A stretch of DNA of 63,993 nucleotides, filler included, from Chrysochromulina tobinii (taxonomy: Eukaryota), in assembly GCA_001275005.1 (NCBI GenBank). It is 7 parts of 7 records of this genome, joined end to end, with 100 filler letters (N's around TTAATTAATTAA, not from the genome) between each part and the next. Parts side by side here need not be neighbours in the genome. Positions count along the whole stretch, not along the records: positions 44,820 to 59,776 come from JWZX01000492.1; positions 59,877 to 61,969 come from JWZX01000495.1; positions 62,070 to 63,993 come from JWZX01000500.1; 4 more parts are not named here. One strand, given 5' to 3'. Positions 56,996-63,993 of the stretch are shown piece after piece. Positions within the stretch are counted from its first letter, which is position 1. Each line of letters opens with the position of its first letter. The notes under the pieces were generated by a model that did no database searches, had not been told where the DNA came from, and worked only from the letters and a program-made list of their open reading frames with translations. A program made the translations under genes and the position numbers.

Positions 56996-58843
56996 ATGTT
57001 CGCTCGCAAAGCGTCCCTCCGCCGCCTTGAGGCAATGGCGGGCAAGACGATCGTGTTCACCGGCACCTTCACGATGACGCGCGATGAGCAAATACGCGTG
57101 CGAGCGCGAGACGGAGAGGAGGTCACGTTGTCGCGCGATTCAGCCCGACTCATGTGCACCTTGAAGGATCTGATGGATCTCGCCACAACCGAAGATGATG
57201 TCTATCCCATGCCCAAGATCATGGCCTCCACGCTTCAGATGGTGTGCAAGCTGAACGACCCAGACTACACGTGGCCGAGCTCTGACGAGCATTCGGTCGT
57301 GCAACTGATCCAGCTCATCGAGGACGCCCTCTATCTCGACGCCCCCGTGGTGGCGCTCAAGCACATCCAGGGCGCGATCGCTACCCGGCTCAACGGCAAG
57401 CGCACTCTTGAGCTCGGCCCGCTACTCGGCGCGGGTGGTGACTTTGGCAGCGCGGAGGAGCACGCGGCGTCAAGCTGCGAGCCGGCGTTTGCTCCAGAAG
57501 ACTTTGAGGCGCCGCAGCAGCCCACGGACGACGAGCTCTGGGCGCTGCTCGGCGCGGGTGGTGACTTTGGCAGCGCGGAGGAGCACGCAGCGTCAAGTTG
57601 CGAGCCAGCGTTTGCTCCAGAAGACTTTGAGGCGCCGCAGCAGCCGGGCAGCTCCACGGCACCGCCCGCACTGCTGCAGCAGCCCTCGTTCTCGGCAGAC
57701 GCCATGGAGGCTGCTCTGGGCCTGGTGGACGTGGCCACGTTGGCCGAGCTCAAGGGCGTGACTCGATCTTGGAGGGCGCTGGCGCAACGTGTCCTCTGCT
57801 CGCGCCTGTGCCGCCGCGACGGGCAGCCAGTACCCACACGTCTGGATGAGATCACCGACCTCGACGTCGAGCAGCTCATCGAGGCCGGCCGGCCGTGGGA
57901 AGCCGCCATCGCGGGGCGGATGCTGCCCGGACTGGCACGCCTCCATGGCTACGGCTATGTGGTGGACGTGGCCACCGTTCGGGCCGCGAATCTGCAAAAC
58001 GGCATTGGCGACTGGCGCCGCCCTTCATTGCTAGATGGTGCTGCTAAGGATGCTCTAAACAGCTGCATCTCAGGCGAGGGAGAGCCACCGTTGAGGCTGA
58101 CGATCGCAGCCGTTGCCTGTGCGGGCTCAGGAGTCATTTGCGGCATTCCAGTGCAGCAAATGCGTGAGGACAGCGTCACGGAGATCGACTTGTTCACTAG
58201 GGGGCTCCATGTGCCTGCGGCCATGCTTGTCGCCTATCTCATGCCTGCTACGCAGGTGTTGACCAAGCTGGAGTTGTACAACAACAGGATCGGCGACGAC
58301 GGTGCCAAGGCGATCGCGGAGGCGCTAAAGGTCAACACGGTCCTGATCATCATGGACCTGGGGATGAACAACATCGGCGACGACGGTGCCAAGGCGATCG
58401 CGGAGGCGCTGAAGGTCAACGCGGTCCTGTCCACCCTGGGCCTCTACAAGAACAGCATCGGTCCAGAGGGAGCCATCGCAATCATGGAGGCGCTGAAGGT
58501 CAACGCGATGTTGACCTTCCTACGCCTGGACTCCAACAACATCGGCGACGACGGTGCCAAGGCGATCGTGGAGGCGCTGAAGGTCAACCCGAGAGCGCTG
58601 AAGGTCAACCTGAGCCTCGGGTTGAACAGAATCGGAAATGCAGGGGGGGAAGCGTTGCTAGACGCGGTGAAGGACCGCAATTCGGGGGGACGATGTTTTG
58701 GGTTGGAGCTAGCGACGGCAGGCCGCGACGTCGAGGTCCTGCCGTTTGAATGTCCTGGGACTCCTCGCATACGCCACCTCCGCGCGCCCTTAAGTTCGTA
58801 TCATGCGAGGTGCGAGCTGCGCGAGCTCGTGCTCGAGCTCTGA
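56996..58843 (+). CDS. Skp1-like + F-box + RNI/NLRC3-type LRR fusion protein
   Basis: Skp1-like DGEEVTL..TLKDLM..LIEDALYLD..LNGK..DF..EE; F-box-like AALGLVDVATLAELKGVTRSWRALA; 28-aa LRRs LxLxxNxIGDDGAKAIAEALKVN. Confidence 0.7.
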   Translation: MFARKASLRRLEAMAGKTIVFTGTFTMTRDEQIRVRARDGEEVTLSRDSARLMCTLKDLMDLATTEDDVYPMPKIMASTLQMVCKLNDPDYTWPSSDEHSVVQLIQLIEDALYLDAPVVALKHIQGAIATRLNGKRTLELGPLLGAGGDFGSAEEHAASSCEPAFAPEDFEAPQQPTDDELWALLGAGGDFGSAEEHAASSCEPAFAPEDFEAPQQPGSSTAPPALLQQPSFSADAMEAALGLVDVATLAELKGVTRSWRALAQRVLCSRLCRRDGQPVPTRLDEITDLDVEQLIEAGRPWEAAIAGRMLPGLARLHGYGYVVDVATVRAANLQNGIGDWRRPSLLDGAAKDALNSCISGEGEPPLRLTIAAVACAGSGVICGIPVQQMREDSVTEIDLFTRGLHVPAAMLVAYLMPATQVLTKLELYNNRIGDDGAKAIAEALKVNTVLIIMDLGMNNIGDDGAKAIAEALKVNAVLSTLGLYKNSIGPEGAIAIMEALKVNAMLTFLRLDSNNIGDDGAKAIVEALKVNPRALKVNLSLGLNRIGNAGGEALLDAVKDRNSGGRCFGLELATAGRDVEVLPFECPGTPRIRHLRAPLSSYHARCELRELVLEL

Positions 58844-59235
58844 TCCTCAGATGGCCTCTGCACCTCTCTGATGGCACCTCCCGTCCCTACGAAGATCTTG
58901 ATAAAATAGACTCGCGGTTGAGCCGCAGCTCATAGAAGATGTGTTTGTATGTTGTGATTAGTCCCCGGATGGCCAATGTCGGGTCGAGACGCAATGTGCG
59001 AGTCGGGGTAGTCCGGTCCCGGCGCGCATCCGGCCCGGACGTAACTCGTAAGCGACGAGGTCGACGTGAAAAGCGCCGTGGGTCCCGGTATGCGCGGCGG
59101 TAAACGCTCGTGAGGTGTGTCCACGCGCGAAGCGAAGAGTACGTGTCTCCAGTGTGACATCTAAGAACCTCCTTCAGCCTTCAACCCGTCCGCGTGAGAG
59201 GAAGGAACCACAGGCGGCTACTCGCTGGACCCTCT

Positions 59236-59446
59236 ATGCAGGCCGAGCATCTTGCTCCTAGGCCTGGTTATTTAGCGTTGGCCGTTGACGGCGCCACGCC
59301 TCAGTCCCGGTTTGGCCGCCTGCACCGACGGCGGCATTCCGGCACAATGCCGGTAAGGGTTGTTGGCCGGTTAATCCCTCTCTGGGATTCGAACCGCGTG
59401 CAGCACGTTCCGTGTTACCTGCACTAACCACTCGGCCACAATACCG
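59236..59446 (-). mobile_element. tRNA-derived SINE-like element; second partial body copy at 59622-59764
   Basis: Minus-strand A box TGGCCGAGTGG and B box GGTTCGAATCC without an acceptor stem, followed by a ~140-nt body repeated nearby. Confidence 0.55.
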
Positions 59447-59776
59447 ACAATGTGAATATAGACTAGTGGTTAAGCGACCATCTATACTTGCATGCATAAT
59501 TGCCGTCCGGAAAAGAACAGAGGTTCGAGTTCCGCAAACGTGTCGGTCGGGTAAAAGATAACTGGGGCGCTGTTCAGCGCTGTGACCAGCATAACCGAGA
59601 TCGTTGTGAGGACTCCGATTTTGCAGGCCGAGCATCTTGCTTCTAAGCCTGGTTATTTAGCGTTGGCCGTTGACGGCGCCACGCCTCAGTCCCGGTTTGG
59701 CCGCCTGCACCGACGGCGGCATTCCGGCACAATTGCCGGTAAGGGTTGTTGGCTGGTTAATCCCAATTGTTCCTCC

Positions 59777-59876
59777 NNNNNNNNNNNNNNNNNNNNNNNN
59801 NNNNNNNNNNNNNNNNNNNNTTAATTAATTAANNNNNNNNNNNNNNNNNNNNNNNNNNNNNNNNNNNNNNNNNNNN
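59777..59876. other. Artificial contig linker
   Basis: N + TTAATTAATTAA + N. Confidence 0.97.
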
Positions 59877-60245
59877 TCTGATGTGTATCCCAAAATGTAT
59901 CTTGGACTCTCGTTTGGGATACGTGTAAAATGTCAAGATACATGTATTCTCTTGAAATGTAACATGGCTTGTCAGATACATTTGAGATACATCGATCCCG
60001 AGTGTACCCTGAATGATACAGTCGATGTCACACTGGATGCTTATCAAGATACATCAGGTTACTTGACGCATTCAAGATACATGCGGGATACATACGAGAT
60101 ACATGTATCTGCAAGAGTGATCAAGATACATGCGGGATACCGATCCAAAATACATCATGATGCATCACGTCACCTCGCGACACATCACGATACATCACGA
60201 TACATCACGACACATCAAGATACATCAAGATACATTTGTATCTTG
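59877..60245. repeat. GATACA/TGTATC motif array (transposon subterminal or MITE-like)
   Basis: Many copies of gataca and tgtatc in both orientations; AT-rich relative to flanks. Confidence 0.7.
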
Positions 60246-61142
60246 TAGTACCTCAAGCCGCAGATTATGCGACCAGCAGTCATCAACATCCCGACCTTGA
60301 TTGTATCAGGATTACGTCATGATTGCTCACCGAGGGGGGCTGCCGAGAGGGGCCCGGGGCCCGCGCCTCGCTCGCGCGCCACGCGCGGACCGCCCACTAC
60401 AAGCATATCTAAGCGAATCAGAGGCGCTGTGCTGGCTCGTCAACCTGATCATGATTGCATCATGATTACAAACCGATTGCTCACCGAGAGGCTATACCTG
60501 GGGGGCTGCCGAGTGGCGGCACACGTCTTGCTCGCTAGCTACGCGCGCCGATTGCCCCCTAACGAGCCCATCCGAGGTTGAGTACCAGCGATGGCTCATC
60601 AACATGATCATGATTGCATCATGATTACATCGTGATTGCCCACCGAGGTATCACCGAGGGCCCGTCGAGGGGCGGCCTGCGCGCTTCGCTCGCGCTCGCC
60701 AAGCGCGCCGACCGGCGGCCGCCGCTCACTACGAGCGCACGCAGAGGCTGGGTGCCCCTTGATGGCTCAGTCGCGCAGTCACTGGATCCTGTACTGGATC
60801 TTGCGTGGAGAGTCATACAGTACGGGACCCGGAATGTCTGGAGGCGTGCGTGTCAGTGAGTCGTGAGTCGAATACGGCCTGCCCTGTCTGCCGGTGACGT
60901 GATGGTACGGTAACAGAGCGACGGGTCTTAATTTTCTTCATCACGCTATAGTACCCACGCGACGCGTGTGTACTCCATGTGCCCGCGTGAAGCGCAGGCG
61001 CGAGTTGGGAGCGAGACTGCATGCCGAATGATGCAATCTACACAACACAGACACAGTCAGTCGTCATCGAGCTCAATCGCTACACAACACAGACACACCC
61101 AGAAGCGACAGTGTATGCGGCGCGAGCGTGCCACACTCTAGA

Positions 61143-61930
61143 TCACACAGGCGGGCACTCATAGATAGAGCTCGGCGGCGGATGGTATGCAGGGTGGTAC
61201 AAGTACATATGCACCCTTACATTCTCGAGGCGATATCCCGCCCCTGCATGGCAGAGATCCCCGCGGAACACCAGGACCCCTCCCGGGTCCAGGCGGATCA
61301 AGCTCGGCCGCTCATCCGGTCGCCGCCAGACCCAGAGCCTGGCGGCGGCCTCCAGCGCCACCAAGACCGACAGGGGCATGTCGACGGCCGTCCTCCCTTC
61401 CTGCTGCATGAAGGTGGCCACGTATTCGGGGGACTCGTCCATGTGCTTGGACTGGTCGCCGTCCTGGGGCGTTTTCATCGACTCGTCGTAGGCGACGTTC
61501 GCGAGGCTCTTGAGGACGTGTACGTGCTTGAGCTCCTTTGCCGTGCCGCTCGACGTCGTCATGAGGCCGTGGAAGGAGAGGTGGTCGCTCACCAGCTTCG
61601 AGATCAAGACGATCCAAGGCACGGTGCACCGCGAGTCGCGAGATTGCAGGCGTCTGGGGTCGTAGCCCCGCACGATGTCTGGCGCTTGAGGGAGGCCCGC
61701 CTCTTCGTAGTTCACCTTCTTGAGGGCCTTGATCAACTTGTCCGGGAGGACGAGCGTGCCCGGGATGATCACGAAACCGTCCGTATGCAGCATCCCCTCG
61801 ATGTTGGACTCCTTGATGACCTCGTCCTTGTCCTCGACGACGTCTTCCTCGTCGGAGGGGGCGGACGCGGGCGGCGGGCGCTTGGCACCTGTGGAGGAGG
61901 CACCTGCGGAGGAGGCTCCTGCGGAGGAGG

Positions 61931-61969
<39 letters not shown>
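61143..61969 (-). CDS. 2OG-Fe(II) dioxygenase (PhyH-like DSBH fold), 5'-partial
   Basis: QSKHMD (HxD)..LSVLVAL..VFRGDLCHAG..NVRVHMY; frame open to the contig end. Confidence 0.7.
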
Positions 61970-62069
61970 NNNNNNNNNNNNNNNNNNNNNNNNNNNNNNN
62001 NNNNNNNNNNNNNTTAATTAATTAANNNNNNNNNNNNNNNNNNNNNNNNNNNNNNNNNNNNNNNNNNNN
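61970..62069. other. Artificial contig linker
   Basis: N + TTAATTAATTAA + N. Confidence 0.97.
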
Positions 62070-63180
62070 CAACGGACAGATGCGCCACACCGTCAAGTAC
62101 GACGGCTGGGGGGACATCGAGCACGTCCATGACCTCGTCAACGGAGGAAAGCCGTGGCTGAGGCTCGGCGCCCCGCCGACGACGGCGATCGAGTCCACCT
62201 CGCTGTTGATCCCAGTGGGTGGAGACGAGCTCTCGGAGCCAGTACCGGCCCCAATAGTCCCCCCTTCGACCCAGATCGCGGAACAGTGGGAGACCGTCGG
62301 GCGGAAGCGCAAGCCGGCACTCAAGGCTGCCGATGCGCCTGCGCAACCCACGAGACACTCGACGCGCGTGACGTTCGCCCCGTCCGCCCCGCCCGCCAAG
62401 ACGCAGGCGAGAACGACGCGTCATTCGGGGAGCACCGTCAGCGTCGCTGAACTCACCAGCTCGGCGCTCGAGCGCACGCAGGCGACCCCAGGCATGGCTC
62501 AGATCATCGTCGAGCACCTGATGGGGGAAGACGCTCCGGACTTTGTCAAGGGCGACACAGTCGAGACCATCCTGGAGCGCGTCGCCGACGTGCCGTTCAA
62601 GCCAGACCAACGCGTGCCAGCCGATATCATCGCCCTCGAGGCGTCGGGGACGCAGATCGAGTACGTCACCGAGGCGGGCACCGTGGCAGTCAAGGACCAG
62701 CCGAAAGGCTACTTTCGTGCCAAAGTTGAGAGGTTTCAATACCTTGTTGAACAACAACCTGACTGCATGGACATGGACGGTGATGCAGTTCATGGTCGAT
62801 GGTTCTGGCCCATCGACCATGCATGGATCTTCGGGGAACCAGACAAGCCTCAGGGTTGGACGACGAGCTTACTCAGCATAGTTGCGATCAGACTCAGATC
62901 AATGATTCTATCGGATCACGTTCGTCTCATCACTGGTATATGCGACAACCCACAACCAGCTGGGTGCTATGTCAATTACGCGGATTGGATACGCATGTGG
63001 AACAAATCATATGGCTTTTGCCCCTTTTGTAATCGTGACATATGGATTGGCTTCGACGAAGAATGTAATGACGAAGATGTACCACCTGAAGGTCAAAAGG
63101 CAACTATTCAGCGGCTCAAGAACTCTATCATTCACCTCAGAAGTAATTGCCACGCCACGCTCATTTGTCTCACATTATAA
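62070..63180 (+). CDS. Tudor-like N-terminus plus C-terminal zinc-binding HNH-like (viral-type) domain
   Basis: HTVKYDGWGDIEHVHDL..W; CPFC..ATIQRLKNSIIHLRSNC..ICL. Confidence 0.45.
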
Positions 63181-63256
63181 AGACGCAGGGTCCCCTCGTT
63201 TCGTCGGAAAGTGAAGCCGCCACCGGAACGAGACCCGCGTTTCCACTTTGAGAATA

Positions 63257-63700
63257 CTTCGTTTGTGAGACGATTAGTTCCTCGACTTTTATTTGTGAGA
63301 CGATGGAACTCATGGTTTCGGTTGTGAGACGATAGTTCTTCGGTTGCGTTTGTGAGACGATGTAAGTCGCGTTTGTGAGACGATTTCGGTCTCCGGTCGT
63401 TCGAGTTGCGTTTGTGAGACGATTTACTTTTTTTACTTCTCACGTTGGAGACTATTTTTGGTGCTGGATGTTGGACTCCGCCTGAAGACGATGTTTAACT
63501 TTCGTTTGTGAGACGATTTTGGGCGCTGTGTAAGTTCGACTTGCGTTTGTGAGACGATTTTCGTCGCCGGTCCTTCGACTTTCGTTTGTGAGACCATGTT
63601 GTTCGATGCTTCACTTTCGTATGTGAGACGATTTTGGGCGCCGTGTAAGTTCAATTTGCGTTTGTGAGACGAATTAGTTTCGTTTGTGAGACGATTTTCG
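63257..63700 (+). repeat. Array of ~12-14 CGTTTGTGAGACGAT direct repeats with variable spacers
   Basis: Copies near 63260, 63290, 63319, 63347, 63370, 63409, 63503, 63544, 63583, 63618, 63659, 63681, plus degenerate ones. Confidence 0.9.
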
Positions 63701-63758
63701 GCGCCAAGTTGGCAAAGGACGCCGTTGGATCTCGACGACGGGTTTGCGCATCAACACC

Positions 63759-63992
63759 ATGCGGCGATCCCGGGGCATTCGCTCCACTGCCCCTGAGATC
63801 AGCTCAGCTACGGAGACAGGCGGTCCAGTGTCGGACAGCGAGCGTCACCCGCCAAGTTCTTCCACGTCTCTGTCATCTGTACATGCGGAAGCAGTGCTCT
63901 CAGGTTTCCGCGCGCATTCGGGCGGCCTGGTGCTCTTTGTGGGCGATTCAATTGCCGAGGAGCTCGCGAAGTATCTGCGCGACCAGTTGGGG
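63759..63992 (+). CDS. Possible SGNH/GDSL hydrolase, N-terminal part
   Basis: Manual translation MRRSRG...LVLFVGDSIAEELAKYL; open to the window end. Confidence 0.4.
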   Translation, partial: MRRSRGIRSTAPEISSATETGGPVSDSERHPPSSSTSLSSVHAEAVLSGFRAHSGGLVLFVGDSIAEELAKYLRDQLG

Positions 63993-63993
63993 A

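Noticed and set aside
59376..59446. Functional tRNA gene
   Set aside because: A and B boxes are present but the acceptor stem does not pair and there is no clear anticodon arm
63257..63700. CRISPR array
   Set aside because: Repeat is only ~15 nt, spacers vary in length and resemble each other, no cas genes, eukaryotic context

Overview
High-GC eukaryotic nuclear DNA, most consistent with a prymnesiophyte haptophyte (Chrysochromulina-like; inferred from composition, intron style and gene content). It is seven unrelated contigs joined by artificial 100-nt N-TTAATTAATTAA-N linkers, so adjacency across linkers has no meaning. Housekeeping-type genes include two RING-H2 E3 ligases, syntaxin-6-like, organellar bL35, a TPR/cNMP protein, a RanBP2/CCHC RNA-binding protein, an M20 peptidase, a kinesin, an auxilin-like protein, two sterol-desaturase-family genes, GTPBP1/2, an MPN protein, an MFS transporter and a homeobox gene. 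The most notable observation is a recurrent intron architecture in at least six genes. The intron begins with a copy of the first 12-32 nt of the downstream exon, followed by tandem branch-point-like repeats (CTGAT/CTAAT) or a shared GCATGCAA-containing core. This suggests ongoing intron creation by templated duplication plus insertion. Also notable: an AT-less PKS with KS-KR-DH-ER-ACP-FSH1 order, a Skp1-F-box-LRR fusion, a BED-finger/BAH mobile-like cassette with a 38-bp perfect palindrome, a tRNA-derived SINE-like repeat, and a viral-type HNH-like ORF next to a direct-repeat array.
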